Shown here: positions 18,157 through 28,201 of the stretch, piece after piece
Numbering within the stretch: position 1 is the first letter of the stretch
Layout of the letters: each line of letters begins with the position of its first letter
Assembly: GCA_965222745.1 (NCBI GenBank)
Contig: CBDCUW010000004.1
Location: 686,041-750,040 of the forward strand
Direction of reading: 5' to 3'
Source of the DNA: Rubripirellula sp.
GTDB taxonomy: Bacteria; Planctomycetota; Planctomycetia; Pirellulales; Pirellulaceae
Length of the DNA stretch: 64,000 bases
Program-made: the position numbers and the translations under genes
Notes under the pieces: model-generated
The model's database searches: none
The model's input: the letters and a program-made list of their open reading frames with translations, nothing else
What the model was told of the DNA's origin: nothing

Positions 18157-19960
18157 GTCACAGAATGAGGGTCAGCTGACTCGATTGAAACAAAAAAAGA
18201 ACAAAAAAAAAGAAAAAGTTCACTGGTTTTTGTCACAGAATGAGGGTCAGCTGACTCGATTGAAACAAGCATGTTGCAAGGGCGGAGATGGCCGAAGTCA
18301 CGTCACAGAATGAGGGTCAGCTGACTCGATTGAAACGCACAAACTGGCTCCATCAGAATCGACAAAAAGTCACAGAATGAGGGTCAGCTGACTCGATTGA
18401 AACCTCAAGAGCCAGGCTCAGAACACGGGCCATTTCGTCGTCACAGAATGAGGGTCAGCTGACTCGATTGAAACTATGGTCACCCAAATCTGATTCCATC
18501 AGCTCTCGGCGGGTGTGTCACAGAATGAGGGTCAGCTGACTCGATTGAAACTATTTATACTCTGTTGCCTCTTTCTCCTTGGTAAAAAGTTTCCGTCACA
18601 GAATGAGGGTCAGCTGACTCGATTGAAACAGCCGAAGCCAGAACGCCATTCCATCACTTGCCGAAAGAAGTCACAGAATGAGGGTCAGCTGACTCGATTG
18701 AAACCTTCCCCGAGACCATGGCTCCAGCACGTCCACTGCTGGATGTCACAGAATGAGGGTCAGCTGACTCGATTGAAACCTTCAGGCGTTGTGCCTTCAG
18801 ACTCGGTCAAAATCCCTCGTCACAGAATGAGGGTCAGCTGACTCGATTGAAACGTCAACCCGCTTGCGAGCATTGGCAAGCATGCTCTCAAAGGTCACAG
18901 AATGAGGGTCAGCTGACTCGATTGAAACAGCCCACTGGGCACCAGGATGACCGACATCGCCGTAAAGGCAGTCACAGAATGAGGGTCAGCTGACTCGATT
19001 GAAACTCCTCTTTTTCCCAGTGAAACCCTCTGGGGGAAATTGGTCACAGAATGAGGGTCAGCTGACTCGATTGAAACCTTGGATGACTCGCTTGCCATCC
19101 ATACTTTCTTTTTCTGTCACAGAATGAGGGTCAGCTGACTCGATTGAAACCATTGCGGTCAGACGGAGACTCCTCCGAGACACGCTTGTCGCCAGCGTCA
19201 CAGAATGAGGGTCAGCTGACTCGATTGAAACGTTTTTTCTTTCGCCTTTTATTTAGTTTTCTTCGTCACAGAATGAGGGTCAGCTGACTCGATTGAAACT
19301 TCTTGCCTTCGCCCCAAGTTGCTGGATCAATCTTGTCGAGTCACAGAATGAGGGTCAGCTGACTCGATTGAAACGCCTTCCTGCTTGTTTACGCATGTAA
19401 AGTCTATTCTGCCGTTGTCACAGAATGAGGGTCAGCTGACTCGATTGAAACCGACGGGTACGCAAGGGGATATGGTTCTCAATGAGAGACCAGTCACAGA
19501 ATGAGGGTCAGCTGACTCGATTGAAACGAGCAGAAGCAAAACCTGTCGGGCTTCCGCCAGCTGGAAGTCACAGAATGAGGGTCAGCTGACTCGATTGAAA
19601 CAAGATGTGCCTGACAATCATTCTCACCGTCTTGATGAGAGTCACAGAATGAGGGTCAGCTGACTCGATTGAAACGTAGTCTGATTGACCCTGGAATAGA
19701 TAAGCAGCAGGTCACAGAATGAGGGTCAGCTGACTCGATTGAAACTCGAACTGTGTGTTCCATTCATCAACTGTAGAGTAGGGGTCACAGAATGAGGGTC
19801 AGCTGACTCGATTGAAACGAAGGGTTGCCATCTTCTTCCTTTGGGGTGGAAGTCACAGAATGAGGGTCAGCTGACTCGATTGAAACCCAGGGGTTTTCGG
19901 TGGATGGCAGATCTCGTTTGCCGGGGTCACAGAATGAGGGTCAGCTGACTCGATTGAAAC
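18157..19960 (+). CRISPR. CRISPR array, 25 x 35-bp direct repeats GTCACAGAATGAGGGTCAGCTGACTCGATTGAAAC, 24 spacers (32-46 bp)
   Basis: All 25 repeats are perfect. Repeat starts are 18157, 18232, 18302, 18369, 18440, 18517, 18595, 18670, 18745, 18819, 18894, 18971, 19043, 19116, 19197, 19265, 19340, 19417, 19493, 19567, 19641, 19711, 19784, 19852 and 19926. A probable degenerate terminal repeat sits at ~20002-20040. ORFs called across the array (e.g. 18515-18841) are translation artefacts. Confidence 0.97.
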
Positions 19961-20293
19961 CAACGGAATGTTCATATTTTGCCAAGACATCTGCGATGAT
20001 TGTCACAGTAGTAGATCACAAGTTGCAGAATCTCGATAAGTTGGCTCCACTGTATGCTCCCACCGCCGGTTTTGCCGGGGAAGCCTGGCCCTACGTTGGT
20101 TGGACCGCTGATATTCCTATCAAACTTTAGCGAAGATCGTTGGTCGTGATTCGACGATTGCGAATCTGATTGTAGCTTTGGCGACAAGCAAACGCGCCAG
20201 GCTCCCGAATCTCGGCATGGTGCGGCTCGCTACGATCTGGTTTAAATTGGGTAGCGTACCAGTCAACACCCACCACCTGTAACGGAGGAGGAA

Positions 20294-20566
20294 ATGCCTG
20301 AATACGTGATCGCCTATGATGTGCACGATGACCGCCGAAGAGAACGGATCGCGCGAGTCTTATCGCGATATGGGGAGCGAATTCAGCGGTCGGTCTTTGT
20401 CGCTTTTTTGGACAGCGAAGAGCACCTGGAGCTTCGAATTGAATTGGGTGAACACCTGCGGGTTAACGATCAGCTAGAATTCTTTCCCGTTGACGCTCGT
20501 GCAAAGGCAAAGCACGTTTCTTGGCATGATGATCCTCACGTCGGACTTACCGTTCGAGTCGTCTAG
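20294..20566 (+). CDS. cas2: Cas2
   Basis: 90 aa. MPEYVIAYDVHDDRRRERIARVLSRYGERIQRSVFVAFL matches the Cas2 consensus (vlVtYDV..dkRR.kv.k.L..yG.RvQ.SVFec). Confidence 0.8.
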   Translation: MPEYVIAYDVHDDRRRERIARVLSRYGERIQRSVFVAFLDSEEHLELRIELGEHLRVNDQLEFFPVDARAKAKHVSWHDDPHVGLTVRVV

Positions 20567-20633
20567 CCTCGTTTCCGCGTTGCGCCATATTCTACTGCTC
20601 GAATCGATCTCGACGATTCCACATCCATTTGCC

Positions 20634-21998
20634 ATGCCTGACCAAGCAGATTCCGACACCCGCCAAGCAGACCCCCCAAAATCATCTGGCGATCAATCCC
20701 TGAACTCGGGATCGGAAACGCGTCACCCGGAGATCGTTCCATTTGAATTGAGTTCTGAAAATGCAAAATCAGGATTTCCTCGATGGTTCGCAGTGTATTT
20801 TTTGATCACGTTCACGGCCGTCCATATCGTTGCATTTGAAATCTGGCACCTCTTTATCCAGCCACATCCACTCATCGCGTTTGGGTGCTGGATCTGCGCT
20901 TTGGTCGTGTTTGCGTCGGTGGCATATCACATGTACGTCCACCGCTTTGGGCATCAAACAATAGCGAAAAGAATGTGTCTGAGCCTATCAATCGGCGTGG
21001 CGGGTTTGTTCATCGCTTTTGGTTCTCATGACGGCATGACGTTTTGTTCGAACGCGTTGTTTGCCAATCACTCTCAGCCAGAACACGAGGAAGTGGAGAG
21101 CAAAAACGACACCGAGATACTTCAAGAGCCTGGGGAGAATCATCAAGATTCATCTCACGAGACACACCATGCGCCGGGCTTGGCGGAATGGACGCGCCTT
21201 GTGGTTGCGATTTGTATTGCGGTGACCGGCTTGTGCTATCTTGAAAACGAGCACCATCACTTACCCGAAAAGCGTCTTGTGGAGCATCCGGCAATCGTCG
21301 ATGGCGTCCGGAAGCCGGGTAGCGGCGAACCAATCAAGCATTTGGTGATCCCACTGACAGCTCCGAATTGGGTGCCAGATTGTCGAGAGGGAAAAGCTGG
21401 TTTTCCAACCAAAGACAAGAACGACAAACCCCTCTATCTGGAGTGCAAAGATATTACAGCCGACATTGCGCTCCTCAACGAATTGCCGTTCAATTGCAAT
21501 TGGCAACAACTCTTGCGGGCGATCCAGCCTCACCTTGGGTCACTAGAAAGCATTTGGTTGTTTGGCTCCAACGGCGAGATGGATCAGCAGACCCGCGTGC
21601 CTGGCCCTGTGCCCTACCGAGAGTCTGTTGCAGGCGGCTCAGCTGGATACGTCCGGCTCGCCACATCATTCATTGCCCCCTATCTGCGCGACGAGACCCA
21701 AATTTTCGTCTTTGAGAACCAGGGGGCCGAGAAGTTGCGATTTCAGGATTACGCAAATGTGGATCAAACGATCCGACTTATCTTAAGGGAGATAAACTCA
21801 CGTTTTGCTGTTAGGGAGGCACAGATTGCCATTGATGCAACGGGCGGGCTGAAAACTGTTAGTATTGTGGGTGCCGCCGCGACGTTCAATCGAGAAGCTT
21901 GTTTTCAGTACGTTGATTCAACTGCTGGCCAGCAAAGCCGAGTCTTGATCTACTCCATTCGTAATGAGCATGACCCGAAGAGCGACTGGAGTGCATGA
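20634..21998 (+). CDS. Membrane-anchored CARF-domain protein (4 predicted TM helices + C-terminal CARF), candidate cOA-gated membrane effector
   Basis: Four TM helices are predicted. The soluble C-terminal domain has the CARF beta1 motif KHLVIPLTAPNW and the hallmark IAIDATGGLKTVSIVGAAAT (DxTGGxK) motif. The gene sits between cas2 and cas6-RT-cas1. Start moved to the internal Met (MPDQADS) to avoid overlap with cas2. Confidence 0.6.
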   Translation: MPDQADSDTRQADPPKSSGDQSLNSGSETRHPEIVPFELSSENAKSGFPRWFAVYFLITFTAVHIVAFEIWHLFIQPHPLIAFGCWICALVVFASVAYHMYVHRFGHQTIAKRMCLSLSIGVAGLFIAFGSHDGMTFCSNALFANHSQPEHEEVESKNDTEILQEPGENHQDSSHETHHAPGLAEWTRLVVAICIAVTGLCYLENEHHHLPEKRLVEHPAIVDGVRKPGSGEPIKHLVIPLTAPNWVPDCREGKAGFPTKDKNDKPLYLECKDITADIALLNELPFNCNWQQLLRAIQPHLGSLESIWLFGSNGEMDQQTRVPGPVPYRESVAGGSAGYVRLATSFIAPYLRDETQIFVFENQGAEKLRFQDYANVDQTIRLILREINSRFAVREAQIAIDATGGLKTVSIVGAAATFNREACFQYVDSTAGQQSRVLIYSIRNEHDPKSDWSA

Positions 21999-24870
21999 CC
22001 AGATGGGGCCTCTTTTGGACGGTGAATTATGCAGCTTTCCAACAGTTGTCATGCGGATTGGGCTGCAACTGCGATTAAAGGCACCGCGCCGCATCGCACC
22101 GCATCAGGCTGCGCTGGTGTACGCGCTGTTGTGTAACGCATACGGAACTCGCAACGATACCAAACCGGGCATGCCCGATGGAATCCTTCTAGATGCGCCG
22201 GACCAGGGATTGCGTCATCTAGGACCGGACAGCCCACTAACGATTGGTCTAACCACTGCATGTCCCTCCATCATTCACGCTCACCAAACACTAGAGCATC
22301 TAGTCGAAGGATTGCGGATGATCGGGCGACGGCCGACACCGGATCAGCGTTTGGGAAAGTATTCAATCGATTCGATCGAGGACTTGATCCAAAGAAAGGC
22401 CATTCAAACGGCACAGTTGGCGAGGGCGCTGAGCGACGATCACCTTCAGGAAGAATTTCGCACTTTGGGGAACGACTCCAGGTTAACGCTAAGATTTGTC
22501 ACTCCACTGCGCTGTTCACGACCAAAGACCAAGAAACGCGAAGGTCACGCCTTCTTTGACGAAACTTATTTCTCCGCGACTTCTTTCCTCAGTCGGACCA
22601 AGAGGCGGTTGTGCAATCTCGGTTGGCCGATCGAACAAAAAGAACTTCAAATGTCCAAACAAAGAAGTTCCGCCATCGTTGAAGAAAATCGTTTGGTCTG
22701 GCTTGATATCGGTTATGGGAAAAAGGGAGGCAAGAAGACACTTGGGGGTGCGGTTGGCGAGATCGTTCTGGGCCAGGTGAACGAGTTGGAAAAGCTTGCG
22801 CTCGTTTTGGGGCAATACTGCCGGGTTGGGGAAGGCACGAGGTTTGGTTTTGGCCACTACCGAATTACTGAATTGGGGCCGGACCGATACCGCGTTCAAA
22901 GGAGCCAATCGCTCGTCGAACGCGCCATTGGTGAATTGACCGCAGCACAGTCTGAGAAAATCGCAACCAAATTAAATCTTGGTTCCGGAATTTTGACCGC
23001 AGCACTCCAACAAGTTCGCTGTGGTCAATACGACTGCCAACCGCATTACCGCGTTCGAATCCCCAAGCACGACGACGGGTTTCGCGTCCTGTCCATCCCA
23101 ACAGCAAGAGACCGTGCCACACAGCAAGCCGTGTTGCCCGTGCTCGCAGACGGGATCGATGGATTTTTGGAATCGTCCGCCATGGCGTACCGCAAGGGTT
23201 TTGGACGTCAACAAGTAACCAAACGCATCAAGTGGGCGACGCGAAACGGGTTTCTTTGGGGAGTAAGAGCGGACTTTCTGGGGTTCTTTGATCACGTCGA
23301 CCATGCTTTGTTGCGTCGTCGGTTGGAGGCCTACCTTGCCGATCCGGTAACGGTTGACTGGATCATGGACTGTGTTTCGGCGGGCGCGCCGACCAAGGAC
23401 TGTGGATTGCCCACCGGATCACCACTGTCCCCGGCGCTAGCCAACTTATTCCTGGATCAATTTGACGAACAGCTTTGTCCGAACGGTTCGATACTGATGC
23501 GCTACGCCGACGACTTGTTAGTCCTTTGCAAGTCAAAAGAGCAAGCGGCGTCCATCATGCGACGTGCAAAGGAAGAGGCCAGTCACCTCTTGCTGGAGCT
23601 GAATCATGACAAGTCTCAGACGTTTGGCGCCGAAGATGACTTCCAGTTCCTCGGGTTTCAGTTTTTCCGTAGTGCTAGGGCTGATTCAAACGAGGCTTCT
23701 TGGGAAAACAGGTGTCAGCATGACGAACCCGCACTGGTTCACGACATCATGTGGACGACGGCAAAAACGGAAGTCAAGAAATCGAATTCACGTTACGCAC
23801 TGCCGGGCGAAAGTGAACTTGATACAGCATCGCGGCAGGCGCACCTGATCGCGGGTCCGGATGTTTCGGAGGTCGCACGTGACGGAAACTCGATTATCTT
23901 CCACAAGCGTGTCGGCCCTTCCGATCGAATCAAAGTTGCTGGTATTCGCGATATGACGATTATCGGAAAACCAAAGATCCATTTTCCCGGATTGGACCCA
24001 ATCGTGAACGCAGGAGGGACTGTCTGGTTTCTTGAAGACACCGGACGAGTTCACGCTCAATTGGCGCCGAAACCGTCCTCTGCGGATGCTGCGGGATTGC
24101 AGGCTCAAGTTGGACTATCTGACGACATAAGTCGCAAGCTGCGAATTTGTCAAACTCTCATTGCCAGCAAGATTTGCAACTACGCCGCGTTGTGGCGCAT
24201 CCTTTGGACGCACCAGCATGCTTCCGAACGCAAGCTTCAACAGTTGGCAACAAAGGTGCTGGAGGCAGATTCCGATCAGGAACTGTTGGGTTATGAGGGT
24301 GCTGCAGCAGCAATCTGGTATGGACAATTTTCATCCTGTTTGGGCCGCGGATTCGAATTTAAACGGCGGGTTGCGCCCGATGCGTGTGACCCGGTCAATG
24401 TGCTGCTCAATTTCGGCCAAACGATTCTGCACAGGATGTTGATTCACTGGATCGAACACGCGCGGTTGTCACCGATGCTGGGGATCTTTCACCACAATCG
24501 TTCAGGACATGCAACGCTCGCCTCGGATTTACAGGAGCCATTTCGCCACTTGGTCGATTTGGTTGTGATTGAAACCACCCATGAGCTACGCCAGTCGGAC
24601 TTTTTGCATGATTCCGACGGGCCCTATCCGCTTCGAATAAGGCCTCGGGCACGAACCACTTTTCTCACCAAATTACACCGGCGACTGATGCAATCCGTGG
24701 CAGGACAGGATCAACATTACCCGGCAAATTACCATCATCAGATGAGATCACTCGCTCGTCAGCTAAGACGCTATCTGATGTGTACGAGCGAAGAGTTGAT
24801 TGGATTTTGGCACCCTGGGAGTCTTGCCCAATTGTGCTTGGAGAAGATTCGCAAACGCGCACCCAAATAG
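21964..24870 (+). CDS. cas1: Cas6-reverse transcriptase-Cas1 triple fusion (RT-Cas1 adaptation protein)
   Basis: The N-terminal domain ends with a G-rich loop (GYGKKGGKKTLGGAVGEIVLG...GEGTRFGFGHYRI), consistent with Cas6. The middle domain has group-II-intron-like RT motifs, including RYADDLLVLC (YADD). The C-terminus NVLLNFGQTILHRMLIHWIEHARLSPMLGIFHHNRSGHATLASDLQEPFRHLVD matches the Cas1 core (NalLnygY...G..p..G.lH...al.lDlmEpfRp.vD). Confidence 0.85.
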   Translation: MSMTRRATGVHDQMGPLLDGELCSFPTVVMRIGLQLRLKAPRRIAPHQAALVYALLCNAYGTRNDTKPGMPDGILLDAPDQGLRHLGPDSPLTIGLTTACPSIIHAHQTLEHLVEGLRMIGRRPTPDQRLGKYSIDSIEDLIQRKAIQTAQLARALSDDHLQEEFRTLGNDSRLTLRFVTPLRCSRPKTKKREGHAFFDETYFSATSFLSRTKRRLCNLGWPIEQKELQMSKQRSSAIVEENRLVWLDIGYGKKGGKKTLGGAVGEIVLGQVNELEKLALVLGQYCRVGEGTRFGFGHYRITELGPDRYRVQRSQSLVERAIGELTAAQSEKIATKLNLGSGILTAALQQVRCGQYDCQPHYRVRIPKHDDGFRVLSIPTARDRATQQAVLPVLADGIDGFLESSAMAYRKGFGRQQVTKRIKWATRNGFLWGVRADFLGFFDHVDHALLRRRLEAYLADPVTVDWIMDCVSAGAPTKDCGLPTGSPLSPALANLFLDQFDEQLCPNGSILMRYADDLLVLCKSKEQAASIMRRAKEEASHLLLELNHDKSQTFGAEDDFQFLGFQFFRSARADSNEASWENRCQHDEPALVHDIMWTTAKTEVKKSNSRYALPGESELDTASRQAHLIAGPDVSEVARDGNSIIFHKRVGPSDRIKVAGIRDMTIIGKPKIHFPGLDPIVNAGGTVWFLEDTGRVHAQLAPKPSSADAAGLQAQVGLSDDISRKLRICQTLIASKICNYAALWRILWTHQHASERKLQQLATKVLEADSDQELLGYEGAAAAIWYGQFSSCLGRGFEFKRRVAPDACDPVNVLLNFGQTILHRMLIHWIEHARLSPMLGIFHHNRSGHATLASDLQEPFRHLVDLVVIETTHELRQSDFLHDSDGPYPLRIRPRARTTFLTKLHRRLMQSVAGQDQHYPANYHHQMRSLARQLRRYLMCTSEELIGFWHPGSLAQLCLEKIRKRAPK

Positions 24871-25057
24871 GTATCTCTTTGTCCTTAAAGGAATGATTCG
24901 CAGCCGGACACAAGTGTGCATTATTTCTCAAGGTCCGGTGAAGTGCGCCGCCCCGTGACCAGGATCGACGTTCGAGATAGACTCGGACGCAATCTGGTAG
25001 GATTACCAAGGGTTCTCCAGAGGTACGTACGCCGCCATTTTTGACGAGGTTTGGAAG

Positions 25058-26182
25058 TTGAGGCTCGAATTTGGATCGCTAACGCATCTGTTCATCGCTG
25101 TCACGGTCGCTGTGTGTTGCGACTCGGTATGCGCCCAGCAGCAGCCGTCGAATCTCAAAACGGATGAGACGATTTTATTCTTCCCCACGTTCGGTCGCTT
25201 TGAACAGCCGGCAAACGTGTGGCGATTGAACGTCCACGGCAAGGTCTATGAGCCTGAGTTCAGCTCGACCAAGCGCGATGCCTTGATCGCGATATTGCAG
25301 CGTTCGGCAAACGTTAGCTTCTCCATCGGCAATGAAGCCCCGCTGAATGATCGACTCCGCCCATTCTTGGTCGATAACGAGCGCGGCAAATCAGTCACAA
25401 TCACTGTCGCGGGCAAAAAGTTCGCAGCCGGAATCTCCGCGGCCAACGGTCACTTTTCCAAGACATTGGTGCTCCGTGCAGACGTTCTTGGGCCGATCAA
25501 AGGAAATCACCGCGTTGAGGTCATCGAAGCTGTGTTGCCACGCGGCGATTCACGAAAGCTGACCGGCCAAGTGCATTTGATTGCTCCCCAAGGGATATCG
25601 GTCATTTCTGATATTGACGACACCATCAAACATTCACAGGTGACTGACAAGTCAGAGCTAATCCAAAACACGTTCCTGCGACCATTCCGACATGTCGATG
25701 GCATGCCCGCGCTGTACACGCGATTGTCGAAAATGAACGTCTGCTTCCACTACGTATCGGGAAGCCCCTGGCAACTGTACAAGCCGTTGCGGTCGTTCAT
25801 TGTCAACGCCGGTTTTCCGACCGGGACGTTTCACCTCAAGCAGTTCCGGCTTAAAGATTCCAGAGCGCTCGAGTTATTTGCGTCGCAAGAAGGCACCAAG
25901 TTAGCCGCGATCACACCGCTACTGAAGTCGTTTCCAGATCGCCGCTTCATTCTGATCGGCGATTCGGGAGAGCAGGATCCCGAAATCTACGGCCGAATCG
26001 CGCGCGAGTACCCAGATCAAGTGATCGGCATCTACATTCGTAACGTGACCAAAGAAAAACGCGGTGACGCAAGGTTTATCACGGCGTTTGAAGATGTACC
26101 TTCGGATCGTTGTGTGCTTTTCGATGATGTATCGGCAATCAGCGATCGGCTGCTCCACGTAGCACGGACTTCCCATCGATGA
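25058..26182 (+). CDS. App1-family (DUF2183) phosphatase, secreted
   Basis: It has a signal peptide and the HAD-like ISDIDDTIKHSQV motif. The architecture is that of App1-like lipid phosphatase proteins. Confidence 0.55.
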   Translation: MRLEFGSLTHLFIAVTVAVCCDSVCAQQQPSNLKTDETILFFPTFGRFEQPANVWRLNVHGKVYEPEFSSTKRDALIAILQRSANVSFSIGNEAPLNDRLRPFLVDNERGKSVTITVAGKKFAAGISAANGHFSKTLVLRADVLGPIKGNHRVEVIEAVLPRGDSRKLTGQVHLIAPQGISVISDIDDTIKHSQVTDKSELIQNTFLRPFRHVDGMPALYTRLSKMNVCFHYVSGSPWQLYKPLRSFIVNAGFPTGTFHLKQFRLKDSRALELFASQEGTKLAAITPLLKSFPDRRFILIGDSGEQDPEIYGRIAREYPDQVIGIYIRNVTKEKRGDARFITAFEDVPSDRCVLFDDVSAISDRLLHVARTSHR

Positions 26183-26213
26183 ACGATCGGGTGACTGCAG
26201 CGTTGGACATGCA

Positions 26214-28106
26214 TCATTCAAGCAAAAAGACATCACGCTGGTCGCGGTTTTGCATCAATTCATCGATTCGCTGAGAATTCAGAACTCCGTTTTCGTCAAT
26301 CAACAGCGCAGGGTTGGCGGGAAGTTTTGTCTCCTGCTTGACTTTGTCCAGCTCCTGGTTGATCCGGTGATGCCGGTCCATGGGCAGAGCAAGGAAGTCG
26401 TAACCGGCAAGCGGGGCGCCGAAAAGAGAAGCGTACACTCGTTGCGCAATCAGCCGAATCGCTTCGTAGGGATCGTCCATCCCAATCAACAGATAAGGGC
26501 GCAACCAAGCCGTACCCGATGCCTGATGAGCATCGGATGATTCAAACGCCGCGATTTGGACGGCACGTTGTCCGGCGTCACCCTGAAGCAACGACAGCAC
26601 CGATGCCGCGACGCTAGATTGCAGGTTTGTCAGCTTCGGTTTGCGATGGCCGAACCAATCTGCCAGGTGATTCGATGTTTGCTGCAACGTGTGATCGAGG
26701 TGGCACAGATTGCACGCCGTGGGACGGCCGGTCCGTAGCGCCGATGCTACCGATGGGCTGCTGATGCGATGCGAGCGAATGGTTTTTAGCAGGCCATAAA
26801 CCGTGGCAGGCATGTGGCAGTTCATGCAGCGGCTTCCGGACGATTGCGGCAGATGATGGGTATGTGCCGAAGCCAGGTCTCGATATTCGGCGTGACACTG
26901 CAAGCAAGCCGCATCGCCTCGCATTTCGGGTTTCAATTGGTCGTCTTTCCAGGCGGGACGCAGCTGGGCATCCTGCTGATGCATTGTGTGACAAGACATG
27001 CAGGAAAGGTCACCCTGCTGGTAACATGCCGATTCGATCATGCCGTTGTAATCTCGCCCCGATATTCTCACTTCCCCATCCGGCCAGAAGTGGCTGCGCA
27101 TCATATCGGGCGCCGTGTTCCATCGTGCAAACAACGTCGTTTGTTGAAATTCCGGTATCGCGCGAATGATCTGATGAAAGTGATCCTCGTCGAGCACCTG
27201 ACCGGGGCGAAAGGGCGAACCGTGCTGCGAAAAGTTTTCTTTGCTGGTCTTGGAAAAATCGTACATCGAGATGCTGTGGCATTGTCCGCACAAGTCCGAT
27301 CGGGAAGCGGCGGGCAAGTCCAAGGGATTGACGATCGGATCGGCGCCAACATTTTCTTCGTTGCGGTGAAACTGGATGTGATCCTGGCCGGGGCCGTGGC
27401 AGGCTTCGCAGGCGATTCCGAATTCAACAACCCGCGTCTCCCAAGTCCTCGCATCAGTGTTGGGACGCAAGCGGGGATGAGTCGAATGGCAGCGAGAACA
27501 AGTGCTGTTCCAACGACCCATTTCGTTCTCGCCAGGCGTTTCGTCAGGTGGTCTCAAGAATGCGGATCGGCGGGGAATCCATCGTTGCTGGTCACGCAGA
27601 TAGATGATGGGCAATTGCGCCGGTGTACCCTCGATTTCCGACTGGTACCAAAACACGTGCATGTGATGCGAACCGGTCATCATCAACAATTGGCGCTGGC
27701 GGCGCATGCCGCCAGAAGTCGGGTCGTTCAACTCGACGTAGTGGTTGTCACCATCGCGGCGAAAACGGTACGTCAGGCCTTCGACCGTGACGCTGGCGTT
27801 TTCGATCACATCGGGCGCCGATGCGGGGGAAATGACCTGCGTCATCGTACGATGATAAGAATCGTGCCACGACCGATAAAAATCCTCGTGGCACTCCTGG
27901 CACGACTGCGAGCCAACGTAACCGTTTTCGGAAACCTCGTTGGGCCGGGACCGCACCAGTGTGCTTGGCGGCGGCGAAGCTGGCGAAGTGTCTGTCGCAG
28001 CCGTGTTGTTTTTCTCCGGCTGAGTTGGTTGACCCGACAGCAGCACCCAAGCAACCGCCGCCACGGCCACCGTCAGGACCACCAACGCGCCGCCAATCTT
28101 GTTCAT
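26214..28106 (-). CDS. Multiheme c-type cytochrome (8 CxxCH motifs), secreted/membrane-anchored
   Basis: CQECH, CSRCH, CEACH, CGQCH, CMSCH, CLQCH, CMNCH and CNLCH give 8 heme-binding sites. There is an N-terminal signal/anchor. Confidence 0.8.
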   Translation of the reverse strand: MNKIGGALVVLTVAVAAVAWVLLSGQPTQPEKNNTAATDTSPASPPPSTLVRSRPNEVSENGYVGSQSCQECHEDFYRSWHDSYHRTMTQVISPASAPDVIENASVTVEGLTYRFRRDGDNHYVELNDPTSGGMRRQRQLLMMTGSHHMHVFWYQSEIEGTPAQLPIIYLRDQQRWIPRRSAFLRPPDETPGENEMGRWNSTCSRCHSTHPRLRPNTDARTWETRVVEFGIACEACHGPGQDHIQFHRNEENVGADPIVNPLDLPAASRSDLCGQCHSISMYDFSKTSKENFSQHGSPFRPGQVLDEDHFHQIIRAIPEFQQTTLFARWNTAPDMMRSHFWPDGEVRISGRDYNGMIESACYQQGDLSCMSCHTMHQQDAQLRPAWKDDQLKPEMRGDAACLQCHAEYRDLASAHTHHLPQSSGSRCMNCHMPATVYGLLKTIRSHRISSPSVASALRTGRPTACNLCHLDHTLQQTSNHLADWFGHRKPKLTNLQSSVAASVLSLLQGDAGQRAVQIAAFESSDAHQASGTAWLRPYLLIGMDDPYEAIRLIAQRVYASLFGAPLAGYDFLALPMDRHHRINQELDKVKQETKLPANPALLIDENGVLNSQRIDELMQNRDQRDVFLLE

Positions 28107-28201
28107 GCCAGGTCAGTTCAATCACATTCGTAAACAACCGCCCACGTCGGCGATTTCTCCGAAATCGCTTCGCGTAATCCAGTTCGAAGAACCGGTTTAC
28201 G

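Noticed and set aside
18515-18841. 108-aa ORF (and 18039-18272, 17939-18313, 18895-19098, 19900-20130) running through the CRISPR array
   Set aside because: The translation is dominated by the repeated peptide SQNEGQLTRLK, which comes from the 35-bp repeat. It is an artefact of periodic repeats, not a gene.
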